Shown here: in pieces, positions 26,238 through 38,520 of the stretch
How positions within the stretch are numbered: position 1 is the first letter of the stretch
How the letters are laid out: every line of letters begins with the position of its first letter
Assembly: GCF_001194135.2 (NCBI RefSeq)
Contig: NC_069006.1
Coordinates: forward strand, 24,681,443 to 24,745,442
Reading direction: 5' to 3'
Length of the DNA: 64,000 nucleotides
Origin: Octopus bimaculoides
Lineage: Eukaryota
Made by a program: the position numbers and the translations under genes
The notes under the pieces: model-generated
Databases searched by the model: none
Seen by the model: the letters and a program-made list of their open reading frames with translations, nothing else
What the model was told of the DNA's origin: nothing

Positions 26238-26638
26238 TGTGTGGTAAGAAGTTTGCTTCCCAACCACATGGTTCCAGGTTCAGTCTCACTGTGTGGCACC
26301 TTGGGCAAGTGTCTTCTACTATAACCTTGGGCCGACCTAAGGTTTGTTGGTGGATTTAGTAGATGGAAACTGAAAGAAACCTGTCACATACATCGATGTG
26401 TGTGTTTGCATCTGCGTTTGTTTCCCCCCACACCACACTACTTGATAACTGGTGTCGGTGTGTTTACATCCCTGTGACTTAACAGTTTGGCAAAAATACT
26501 GATAAAATCAGTATCAGGCTTACAAAAAAAAACACAAGTGCTGAGGTCAATTTATTGGACTAAAATTTTTTCAAATTAGTGCCCCAGCATGGCCACAGTT
26601 TAATCACTGAGACAAGGAATAGAGAAAAAGGTAAAAGA
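26238..26638 (+). mobile_element. SINE family B
   Basis: Same head, core and tail. Confidence 0.8.
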
Positions 26639-27800
26639 TACTGTATGTGTGTGTTGTATATTGGAAAGTATGATTATTTATATATGTATGTATGTATACA
26701 TATACACACATATATATATATCAACCCNNNNNNNNNNNNNNNNNNNNNNNNNNNNNNNAGTAAAATACACCGTGTTCGTAAAAAAATATCACACTTCTTA
26801 TGCTCTGATGACATCTTTTGGTTTCTATTTTCGTCATTCTTTGGAAGATTTTGTGTTTGTTGCTAATCTGAGGAAACTAGAGTTGGCGAACCATTTACGT
26901 GGCGGCAAGAAACTTGATACTCATAAAAGTCATCTAACCAATGATGACGGCTGCACATGATCTTTCTAATTGCATATCATCATCATCTTTATTGTTATTA
27001 AAGCAAGCTGGCAGAATCGTTAGCATGCTGGGCAAAGGTTAGATTTAGCTAACCTTGTAAAAAGTTGCTATAGCCATGTGCTAAGGGGTTTTCTTGAAAT
27101 TTAGCCCTTTGTGGCAACCTTCGTAGGTGTCCTTTCCATTCAAAATGAGCTCCATGGTTACCATAGCCCTATCTCATTAGAAGCTTTAACATGATTTACA
27201 GTTGCTTAAGATTCCGGTGGGGGTGGGGAAGAATTGCAGTAGAGTTGTGGTCAAAGTTGTTCTAACCATGACCTTGTTTATTATCACAACAGAATATCTA
27301 GATTCTTCAGTGCCTTTCTTATTTAGGATGGTCTGCTATGATTTGAGGAAACTTGCAATTTTCGTTGACATACAGAAATACATCCTTCCTTTTCACCTAT
27401 TAATCTTGTTTATCTTCAAAGCTGTAATTAAAAATGATCTGTGATTAAAAGCATTCCAGCCTTGATCGACGAGTCTTTTATTTAGGGCTATATTATCTGA
27501 TGTCTTTTTTCTCTCCCCCCTTATTTTTTGGTAAAGCTAATGTAAAAAACTGAGGACGATTTGGCAATTATTTCTAGCACATCTACGGTTAACCCTAACC
27601 GCTATTTAGTCACCACTCATTTAAATGACGGCGTGGCGTTATTGTTGACAGAAAGTCTGGAACACCAGGCTAAACTGCCTTACTATATTACTTAATCCTA
27701 ACATCTTGGTTCAATATCTTGTCAGTGCCAACGTTATCTTTCATCCCCTCAGGGGTAGATCGATGAATTAGAGACAGTAATCTAGTCTCTACTCCATTAC

Positions 27801-27870
27801 CCACATTCCTTTTGACTTCCGTTTACTCCTGCTAAATTGTTAACTCCGAAGCTGGGCTGTTTGCCTTTTA
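27801..27870 (-). other. candidate exon 3 of the minus-strand gene
   Basis: Strong acceptor TTTCCTGCATTTTAAGTTTTCAG; donor either GTAATG (70 nt) or GTGGGT (66 nt); phase-1 reading KGKQPSFGVNNLAGVNGSQKE is open. Confidence 0.25.
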
Positions 27871-28174
27871 CTGAAAACTTAAAATGCAGGAAACCTATTC
27901 TGCTTCATGGATGCTGTTGTTTAGCCTGTAAATAAAACGACCGTGCGAAGCAAAAGAGAATGGCGACGAAGTGGAAGATGACTCCTTTGAATGCGTCGCA
28001 CGGTCGAACACATAACATGATATATGACATAGAAGGCTCGCCGTGAGTGATGATGCCAGCCAAGTGCCAGTAAAGGAACAAGTGCGTGGCAGAGACAACC
28101 GTTTGCTATATAAAGAGAGTAAGTTTATTAACATGGTGAAACTGTATTGTCTGTGTGGGCGTCTATGCGGTTAC

Positions 28175-28389
28175 CTGGTACAGAATATTCTCGCAGGTTG
28201 GTTCTGACTGTTAACTTCGTGGTGGAAATAATCCACTCATACAGTGTCGAGGTGAAACCGCGTTTGTCGTTGTTGGTGTTGCTGGCGACGACATTGTGGC
28301 AGACAGTACATTGGTGGTGAAGACGTCGTCGCTGGAAACTGGCTGGAGCTGTGTTCTGTATGTGGTCAGCGACCAGACCTGTGACACGT
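28175..28389 (-). other. candidate exon 2 (5'UTR/uORFs or N-terminus) of an unidentified minus-strand gene
   Basis: Minus strand: CCG|GTGAGT donor at 28451, a 62-nt intron ending TCTTCTTCGATTTCAG at 28390, then CAG|GTAACC donor at 28174. Confidence 0.4.
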
Positions 28390-28450
28390 CTGAAATCGAA
28401 GAAGACGGGCGTAAATGGATCGGGCTTATTTATAGATGAAATAGGACTCA

Positions 28451-28553
28451 CCGGAAACGCAGGAAAACTCTCTCACGTGACCTTATCTGAAGGCCACGAT
28501 TGGACTGCATGCACCCTGAACTGCTGATGATTGCCGCGCAAATGAGAACCAAT
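28451..28553. promoter_or_regulatory. core of a probable bidirectional promoter
   Basis: CCGGAAA (ETS-like) 28451-28457, TCACGTGA E-box 28473-28480, TTATCT (GATA) 28483-28488, ATTGG 28499-28503 and CCAAT 28549-28553 in divergent orientation. Confidence 0.55.
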
Positions 28554-28599
28554 CAGAGTGGTGGACGCCACTTCGTTATCATTTGTGATTGAATGTCCG

Positions 28600-29234
28600 A
28601 GAGAGAGGTTTCACTACAAGTCCCAGATCAAGTTTAAGCAGACTTGTGATCAAAAACGTTCCAACCATGAGCTTTCTGTTTTCCATCTTACCGACCTCAA
28701 TCTTGGGTGATATACCTAACGCCTAACATAAAATTACCCTGAATTTTGTTTTTGTGCGGCCCGCCTGATAATGGAGCTATGTCTCATACGACCCGCTTCT
28801 CGAAACGAGTTGTCCATGCTGACTTCGCCTGCCGTCCAGTTTAGCGGAAACCATTGTTGCATGCATTCGAATCAGGTTCCGGTTTGAGGATGTTAACTCA
28901 GCTTTCTCCTCTGTTTCATTGATTCACCCCCACGTAAAATAAAAACCTATCCCTCTCCCTTCAAAATGCATCTAGTATTACGTTATTCAATGTGTTATTT
29001 TCTTTGAGTGTGTATGAAGTACTTTAAGACGTTTGGTTGCTGTTTCTAGCAGGTCGATAGACTTTGTCGTTACCTTAAGAAATTTTTGCCCGCCGCACTA
29101 AAAAGATTCCCAATTCCTGGTTTAGATAAACATTAAATTAAGAAAAAGGTTCACGGGCGGATGACAGGTTCCAATTCTTATATCTGTGTAAATCTTGTAT
29201 ATATCTATGTATAATTCGATATACATTAATAAAG
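28600..29234 (+). other. probable non-coding first exon region of Tao (start unknown)
   Basis: Perfect AAG|GTAAGT donor at 29235 inside the CpG-rich island, downstream of the + strand CCAAT box; the 5' boundary is a guess. Confidence 0.35.
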
Positions 29235-30333
29235 GTAAGTTTAACACATTAAATTAACGCGTAACATCTTCATTAACGCCGCCACTGAATTTAGGATGTT
29301 TATATTATTTACGAGGTATTCTATATTTCTCAGCTAGAGTGTAGTTGGGTCTCAAGGGGGTGGTACAGACCTAGCAATGTGTTATATAGTGAAAACAAAA
29401 TTTCCATTCAAATGGCTATTACCAGGCGATTTCTGACCGTTTTAAGTCGTAGTGGAAACGCGACCTATGTCAAAATAGGTAGACGAATATTGTATACATT
29501 TTATAATTGAAAAATTGACCATATTTTGTACATATGACTATATCAGCCTGTGGGCACAGGTTTCCCTACACTTGATCTAAACCTAGTGTAATGATATTCT
29601 CAATAATCTTAGGAGGAAGGGCTGCATTGTGGTGAAGAGTGGTTTCATCTGGGAGTTTTTTGTCTCCCCAAATATTATAACTACAAGGGAGATAATTAGC
29701 TATTTACTACCGAAGTAATCTTCTCTTTATCTTATCGAGAATTAAAGATTGGAGTTGATCGACAGATGAATGTAAGGACTTTTGATTATATTCAATTTAT
29801 GGTCTTGTAGAGAAACATATCGGTAATTTCCTATTCGACGTTCGTAAAATCACAGTGATCCCAAAACTTTATTTCAGTAAAATATTTCCTAATTATACGA
29901 CCGGCAAGTAAAAAAATGAGGAATAGTTTCGCCTTGGGCACATGCGAGAGAATTCTTCAACAATCCACGGCGGACACACCAAGCAATACAAGTCGCTGAA
30001 TGTGGCAAAAGATCGAACCAGTGTCGCAATTGTGTGCCGTTCATTGATTATCTGCCGATCTGTAAGCATTTCGTTTGGGATTCACAATAAAACGAGGAGC
30101 ACCAGGGCGTCCACGAAGCATGCTAATCGATTTTGAATGAAATTGGAACTAAAATTCGATTTGACGAACGTCAAATAGGAAATGTTGAGAGTAATGTCGC
30201 TTTTCTTTAGCCCCAGGTAAACCTCCAACTGTGTAGAACTATGATCATAATCATTCCATAATCATATCTCTTGGGCATTGTTTATTCACAACTATGTTAT
30301 TAAAGGTATTACTCCCTTTTTAAGCTGGTAGAC

Positions 30334-30584
30334 CAGTGGTTCTCAATTAGGGTCCATATAAGATTTTGTTGCATAAAAAAAAAACCCATTAAATGTTTAG
30401 TGTGTTGTAGAAATATCAATTTATTGCACATAAATTTTTACAATTCCTAATAATATTCAATTAGAAAAATATATGATTTTTTAAAAAATCAAATAGGGGT
30501 CACATCCTTGAATGGCTACAGGAGTCCATTCAAGTAAAATAGGAATCACAGTGTCCATAGGTAAAAAATGGTTGAGAACCACTG
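30334..30584. mobile_element. hAT-superfamily MITE
   Basis: 13-bp TIR CAGTGGTTCTCAA / TTGAGAACCACTG with a perfect 8-bp TSD TGGTAGAC (30326-30333 and 30585-30592). Confidence 0.92.
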
Positions 30585-31108
30585 TGGTAGACTATAATTT
30601 GATGGAGATTTGGCTGCTGTTTCTAGCAAATTAGCGTCCATACGCAAGATCTCTTGTTGACTCAATAAGACGACTTAATAACTTGTATGAATGTCTGTAC
30701 GCATTTGGGAATAATCACAAGATGTGTGAGTTAAAAACAAGGTGCAGCCAAAAATTAGGGTACCATATTTCTTGTACCTCGTTAATGTTTTTATTGTTTT
30801 CTGCCACATTTACTCCTCCAATACAATCTGAAGGTTTCGCCACTTATTCTCCAATGAACAACATCCTGTTGTCTAGAATCCTCCAAAATGTCAGATTGTT
30901 TTTGTTTCTACTGTTGAGGTTCGGAACCAATCCTTCACACTGACTTTTTTATTAACGACATTCACCTTTTCTTGCACACAATCTGCATACAATCCCAAAT
31001 TTTTACAATGTATTCATTACAGAAATTGGAATTTCTACAATGGAAATTAATAACTAATTTCATAGCCATGAGTGAGTGAGTGTGTGTTCAGCTAATAGGA
31101 AAACACAC

Positions 31109-31224
31109 ACACAGACACACTCCACTCCACTCACTCACTCACTCCACTCCACTCACTCACTCACTCCACTCCACTCACTCACTCCACTCCACTCACTCAC
31201 TCCACTCCACTCACTCACTCCACT
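31109..31224. repeat. compound CACT/CACTC repeat (18-22-bp units) running into a gap
   Basis: ACTCC-ACTCC-ACTC-ACTC units. Confidence 0.85.
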
Positions 31225-31468
31225 NNNNNNNNNNNNNNNNNNNNNNNNNNNNNNNNNNNNNNNNNNNNNNNNNNNNNNNNNNNNNNNNNNNNNNNNNNNN
31301 NNNNNNNNNNNNNNNNNNNNNNNNNNNNNNNNNNNNNNNNNNNNNNNNNNNNNNNNNNNNNNNNNNNNNNNNNNNNNNNNNNNNNNNNNNNNNNNNNNNN
31401 NNNNNNNNNNNNNNNNNNNNNNNNNNNNNNNNNNNNNNNNNNNNNNNNNNNNNNNNNNNNNNNNNNNN

Positions 31469-31525
<57 letters not shown>

Positions 31526-31569
31526 ACCCCCAAGACAATGTTTTTTAAAGCATGCTACTTATTCTATTG

Positions 31570-31833
31570 GAAAAAGTCTCTTAGTCTCTTTTCACCTAGC
31601 TGCTGAGCTATGGGGATGTAAACACACCAACACCAGTTGTCAAGTGGTGGTGAGAGACAAACAGACATAAAGACACACATGATGGGCTTCTTTCTATCTA
31701 CCAAATCTACGCACAAGGCTTTAGTCAGCATGAGGCTATAGTAGAAGACACCTACCCAAGGTGCTACACAGTGGAACTGAACCCAGAAACATGTGGTTGG
31801 GAAGCAAGCTTCTTACCACAGAGCCACACCTGC
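31570..31833 (-). mobile_element. SINE family B
   Basis: Reverse complement, 3' truncated. Confidence 0.75.
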
Positions 31834-34616
31834 ACAAGTAAAAGTTTCTGTATGCACAAGTTAACAGGTATACGTGTACTTAGTGAATGCAATGCAACAT
31901 ATTTCAGGTTTTCTCTACTTGCAGTGGTACATTTGGTAATAAAAGAAACAAGATGCTTAAATGGCATCACTGAAAAGGATGGGGGGAGGGAAGTTGGCAA
32001 GGAAATATATCTGGAAGTTAAGTGGAAAGTGAGAGAGAATAGAAGTGAATGCAAGAGATTCTCAAATATCACAGGTTGTGTGTGTGTGTGTGTGTGTGGA
32101 GGGGGAGATTCCTTTGGATATTTAGAAAACAAAGCATTGTGTCAGGAGGAAATCAGGGCATTATACAAAGAAGAAAAAAAAAAATCTGGTCTAATAGTAC
32201 AGATTCTTTCTAACTGGCAGTGATAGACAGGCGGAAGTTCTGTTATGGGAGATGATTGTTCGACAGACAGAATAGTAGTGGGAGGAGAACTTGCATAGTA
32301 AATATAAAAGTATTGGACAAGTAAATTATTTGTCTTGAGTTCAAATCTACTTCAGAATTTGACATTTAAATCTGTTTCACCTAGTTCTTGATGATGTAGT
32401 TGTGTGAAAGTAGGTTATAGATCTCCTGGAAATATTGCTAGAAATAAGACTAATGGCCTACCTAAAGGGAAATTTATTGTTCTTCCATTTAATATTGCTT
32501 TCAAATTTTGGCACAAGGCCAGCAAGTCCATGGGCGGAGATAGGTCAATTAGATCGACCCGTGATCAACTGGTGCTTATTTTATTGATCCTAAAAAGGAT
32601 GAAAGGCAAAGTCAACCTCAGCGGAATTTGGATGCCTTTGTTTAATATTTCAAATATGTAGGTCTGTCTTCTGGACTGTATCCTGCTATACAAGTAATTC
32701 TCCCCCTAATTATTCCACTATCTCTCCTCAGCCCTGTTCAACTGTAGTCTAACGTGGAGCTGCCTCTGCCTGGTTGTTTAACCTGTAAGAAGCAGCAACC
32801 GAAATCCTCACGTCAAGCCATGACGTCTTGAAATAAAAAAAGATTATAGGCATTGCTCTTCCTAAATGCTAAATGCTGACAGGTTTACTGTCCAACCTGT
32901 GGATCACATCCCTGCTCACTGCCATCAGGGCAGAGATGGTTATCCACCAGTGAGCCGCATGAGTCAGAGTGGTTGTTCCAGCCACCTGCAGGGCAATGCC
33001 ATTTGTATGTTATCCGTTGGGACCATGAAATGGACTGGCAAATCTTCTTAGATATTTCTTTGCTGTGAGGAAGAGGAAAGATACAAGGATTTTGGCAGGA
33101 CCCTTCATCAAGATAAAGGAAAGAAAAAGGGGGAAAAATAGAATTTTGACAAAATTGGTTTGATATTTAACCAATTGATTAATAATAAAGAAGTAGAATT
33201 GAAAGTGAGCCAGAACACGTCAACACTATATGTTTGAAATTGTTGATAATGGTAAATGTCCAGACCTACCCTCTAGGGTACAGTTTAGTCATGAGGGAAA
33301 TATTACCTTGCTTGCTAACAAGAGAGGTATCCAGCCATAGAAAATCTGCCTCAGTGAATTCTGCCCGACCCATGCAAGCATAAAAAAGGGGGACATTGAA
33401 ATTATGGTGATGGAGGTGGTTGTGATGGTGGGTTTTTTTTACTATAACAAAATCTTTGATCTTCAGTTAATATTTCTCAGCCCATTGGAATTAAATAAAA
33501 TTTCAGTTTGGCTTATTATTGCAAACGGCTTTCTTTCCTTGTTTAGTGAGTCTTTTCATTGAGTGGGTCCAGTCTATAACATGCATGTTGACGAATCTAT
33601 TCCATTAAGAAAGCTTTTGCGCACCAATTAGAAAAAAGATTTGCTGTCTTCAAACGAAAACGAATTTCACAATAGAATCAAGCATGAAACATTTTCACGC
33701 TTGGTTTAGTTGCAAAATTTATTTGCTTACATCAAAAGGAAAAATATGTAAATCTGTTTCAAGAACTGCAGTGACACATTACTATTCATATTAACGTGTA
33801 CAGAACTGGCTTTGAACATTTCGTCATAAAAATATCTGTTTTTTGAAGACTTTCTTCTGTGTTATAGACTTCTTTACAAAAAAATTACATCCAACATTGT
33901 CACCAAGACATATTTAATACTTTCTATAGATAGGGGTAAACATATCAAAGGGCTGCCAGCCATGACCATCCAGTCTTTTAACCCTTTTGATACCAACCGC
34001 CCTGAGACTCTACCAACTAAAAAATTTGAGGTAATTTTTCATTAGATCTGCTATTCAGTAAGTCCCATGAGCTGCCGTTTTCTCGTTGCTGTTCTAGAAT
34101 GTCCTCCTTGGGAAATCCTGTATAAAATAGGTGTAGGTATGGCTGTATGGTATGCTTAGCAGGATTTCATCTTTCTTTATTGTATTCTGAGTTCAAATTC
34201 CACTGAGGTTGACTTTGCCTTTCATCCTTTCAGCGTCAGCAAGATAAATACCAGTTGAGCACTGGGGGGCTGTGCAGTTAACTTAACTCACAACCCTCGA
34301 AATGGCTGGCCTTGTGCCAAAATGTGAAACCATTATTATATTGTTGCAGTGTGATTGTTTAAAAGTAGGTAAAAGTTTTATAATATTTAATTTGGCACAA
34401 AAAGCTGTCAGTTGTAAATAACTGAAATGTTTAGTTTGCAAAGCAGCCTCACTCCACATGCAGAGGCTGCCGGAACAATATCGGCAGCTGCAACAAGAAA
34501 CACTCTCCTTGAAAGCAGTCGGCAATTACAAATATTTTAAAAGTCTAAATTACATGAAGAAGGGAGACATAGGCAAGTATCAATAAATGGTGAACAATAC
34601 ATACATCTTGGATATA

Positions 34617-34664
<48 letters not shown>

Positions 34665-36499
34665 CACACGCATATATGGATGTATATATACGTGCACATA
34701 TACTTGTATACATATGTACATGCATACACATATTCAAACACACGTATATATATATATATATGTATATATATTATATAGTGGATTGCTTGATATAGCAATA
34801 GATGCAGGTAGATATATGAAGTATATGTGTGTGTGTGTGTATATATATAAATAGATGGATAGAGGCAGTTTGTCTATGAATATATATATATATATATATA
34901 TATTGATTGATATAGACACATGAGTAGACACATGTGTGTGTGTGTGTATTTACAGACACATGCCAGCATGGAAGACAGACGTTAAATGATGATGATGATG
35001 ATGAAAGATAGGTATAGATATAATTTATATAGATATGTGGCTAGATACGTCACAATCAACATTCCTTCAAAAAAAATAAACAAATGAAAAAATGTGAAAA
35101 TGGAGCCATTTTGATTATGTTTGTAGTAAATAACTGCAGTCATTCCATATATGTAAACTTTATGGGATAATGTCTGTATTTTGAATCTCTGGCATCTGGA
35201 AGTCTGAAGGCATTTACCATTTACAGAGACAATTCTGCAAAGGGCCCTGATGTATTTTAACTGACAAACGCCTTGGTGATAGCCTGATCTTGCATGGTTG
35301 TTGTTTGAAATGGGGAAATCTGTAGAAGGTTTTTATTTTTATTTTTCTCGAAATGCGTTTTTAAAAATATCTCCCAATGGACTGCAATTATTTCAATAAT
35401 TCTTTTTCTTGACTCAGAGAAGTTTCGGTTTTCAAAACCAGAGTCCCCTATAACGTTTGGTAATTCATTGCTAAATGCTTATCGGATAACAAGCAGTCGG
35501 TCGGTATGCCTGCCTCTTGTGTGTATGTGTGAATTCGATGCATACTTGCATATCCTTAAGTACAAGCTCACATGTACAACCACATTCTTACAGACACACA
35601 CATACACACACAGTTGTTCACTGTTGCTTTTATACATATGCATACACATTCCAGCAGACACACATACAGACACATATCCCTACAACATATGCATATACAC
35701 ACACATATTTAATTTTTTTTTTACTTTTTTTTCTTGTTTTTTTCCCCTCTGCTAATCTTTTATTTGCGACATTTTTTTGGTAATGTTTCTGATGTTTAAA
35801 ACTGCATTTGTTCACGTCAGCTTGATGTGTGTTGCCTCTGTTGAGTCTATTGATGGTGAAAAATCTGTTGGATGTAAGGGGGGTGGAGAGAGAGAGAGAG
35901 AGGAGGACGCTAAATGTTTCACAGAGAGAAATATATTTTCAACTTTAATTAAATTCTGTTAATGCTCTTTAAGCTTTTCAAACACACACACACACACATG
36001 TACTTTTTCCCCATCTCCTCCGTTCTCGGTTAGTGAATTAGTGAAATTAAAATGTCTGTACATCTAACTTCAACTTCTGGGGGGTCTTAGATTAAGAGCC
36101 CCCTTTCTAGGGGTAGTAAGGCAGCTGTGTCTAGTTCCAGTATGGCTGACTATAGCTAGTTTACCCAGTGAGAGAGTCTCTGTGTGTTTGCTCATCCTGC
36201 TAGAAATAGCAGGCATATCTCCCTCCTATTGCACTCCACTGTCTTCAAAACAGAATGTTTCCAATTGTGATTGTAAGTACTCAAACTCTTCAGCATTTAA
36301 TCTGGCCATATCTATAGCACTAACATTCAACCTGTTTTATGCTCAGAGTAGCCAGATCTGATCTTTCACACCTACCCTACAATGCCATTTTAAAAATAAC
36401 AATCAGATCATAGGAATCCTGAAGCTGTGAGATGAGGCATGATTAATCCATGGTCATTTTAAAAAGGGCACGCCCGGAATACTTTCTGATCAGAGCTGA

Positions 36500-36820
36500 T
36501 ATGGCTGTGGGTTCAGCCCCACTGCAATGAAACTTGTGGGCACGTTTTCTGCTATAGCCTCAAGTCAACCAAAGCCTTATGAGTGGAAACTTAAAGAAGC
36601 TCATTGTGTGTGTGTGTGTGAGATCACCACTTGACAACTAGTATTGGTGTGTTTATGTCCCCTATAACTTAACGGTTCAGCAAAGGAGATCAATAGAATA
36701 AGTACGAGGCTTTAAAAACAAAAATATGTACTGGGATCGATTCATTCGACTAAAAAATTCTTCAAGGTGGTGCCCCAGCATGGCCACAGTCTAATGACCG
36801 AAGCAAGTAAAAGATAAAAC
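36500..36820 (+). mobile_element. SINE family B
   Basis: Core and tail present; head partly deleted. Confidence 0.75.
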
Positions 36821-38042
36821 GTAGGTGGTCAATGTCGGTAACAATTATTTAGTGGCTTTTAAGAATTTGGATAAGTTCATCGTCTACCATGGGGACAAGA
36901 GGATACTGGCTGTTGGTGTTTTGGGACTGACCTTTTGTCTGAGAGAGAGAGAGAGAATGTGTAGCTGTGTAGATCTAATTAACTAGAGTGTATTAAATCA
37001 ATAAGTTATTGGGGCAGCTCCAATTAGCTATGCTGGAGCAGATTTTCAATATTTGCACACAGACACAGAAACCCATTCCAGAAGGTTGTCTGTTCATTGA
37101 GGAAGCCTTTGGGCAACAGATTATGCTGGGTTCTCTCCCTTGTTTCTACTNNNNNNNNNNCTCCACTAATCTACAGAATCAGGTGATGATGATGATGCAG
37201 AATCATTTTCACTTGGTAGCTGAGGTGTATAATTGTGAGAGAAATTCTGTACGTCATCTTGTTACCTTCTGACGTGTCTGTTGGTTTTCATAATCTCTTT
37301 GTGGTTCAACTTGTCTTTACCCATTCTACGAATTAGCTCCGCCACCACCATCATTACTGCCAACCACTGTCCCCCCCCCCCAAGTTTCAAACATGGTACC
37401 TCTGAATTTTTTTAACATGAAAGAACAGCACTTGGGCTTTTTTCTTTTTTTTCTTTTTTCTTTTCGTATCAGGTCTATAAACTATGAGAACTGTTTTATA
37501 GCTCTTTTATATTCCTGGCAATTTTTTTTTTTGTTCTTTTTATGTCTATTTCTTTTCATTTTCAAAAAGAGAAAATAAACAAAAGCATGAAAGCTTTCTT
37601 TAAATAGAGGAAGGGAGAACAAAAAAAAAAAAAAAAAAGCAAAAAAAGAGCAAAAGAAAATTGAAAAAGCAAAAAAATAAAAAAAATAAAATAAAACTCT
37701 CATTTAAAAAAAAAAAAACATACTTGGTTACCTTGAACTATTATGTAGTATACAAAACAATAACAGCAAGTGGTTGTATGTATTGATAAATTGAAACAGG
37801 TCGTACAGATGTAAAACTGGGTGGTGGAAGGGCTTGAGGCTTGAATTTCTTTGTAAACTTATTGCAGTCACAAACAAACTCTGTAAGGGTTTGTTAAGTT
37901 TTAACCTGTTGTTGTTGTTGAATAATGTATTGCTTATTTGCCTGGCCTACATTCACCTTAGCCTCGCTGTTAGCTCTGCTCCCAAACTCCTCCTGTTGAT
38001 TTCTTTAAATAACTCACCGTTTTTAGAATTGTTTAATCCCTG

Positions 38043-38520
38043 TAGGTGCAGGGCGTGGCTGTGCAGTAAGAAGTTTGCTTCCCAACTGCATGGTCCTGGG
38101 TTCAGTCCCACTTGCATGGCACCTTAGGCAAGTGTCTTCTTCTACAGACTTAGGCTGACCAAAGCCTTGTGAGGAGATTTGATAGACGGAAACTGAAAGA
38201 AGCTTGTTGTGTGTGTGTGGCTTTGTGTCCGTATTTGTCTTCCACCACTGCTTGGCAACCAATGTTGGTGTGTTTATGTCCCCTGTAACTTAGTGGTTCA
38301 GCAAAAGAGACCAATAGAATAAGCACCAGGCTTGAAAATAAGTACCAAGGTCTTCGTGGTTCAACTTATCTTTACCCATTCTACAAATTAGCTTCACCAC
38401 TACTACCATCATTGCTGCCACCACAACCACTGACACCACTGCCACCATTACATCAGACTCTTAATTCTTCAAGGCAGTGCTCCAGTATGGCCACAGCCTA
38501 ATGACTGAAACAAGTAAAAA
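38043..38520 (+). mobile_element. SINE family B with internal insertion
   Basis: Head, core and tail, with about 110 nt of unrelated sequence at about 38350-38460. Confidence 0.8.

Larger units (their letters stand above)
27500..30200. promoter_or_regulatory. CpG-retaining island
   Basis: CG dinucleotides are visibly much more frequent here than in the flanking intronic DNA (judged by eye, not computed); few SINEs or microsatellites. Confidence 0.6.

Noticed and set aside
27960-28124. + strand exon ending at GTAAGT (28119) as Tao exon 1
   Set aside because: It lies upstream of the apparent promoter core; the 29235 donor fits better. Not excluded as an antisense or alternative start.
28128-28451. 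107-aa minus-strand ORF as a standalone gene
   Set aside because: Its GTG start is a splice-donor GTGAGT, it has no in-frame ATG, and I recognise no domain. An ATG at about 28510 would be in frame after splicing but lies upstream of the CCAAT box, so it is probably not transcribed.
30198-30222. Recursive-splice (AG|GT) sites at 30216 and 53492
   Set aside because: The first is part of a repeat also seen at about 18145; the second is only a C-run plus AGGT. No evidence beyond the motif.
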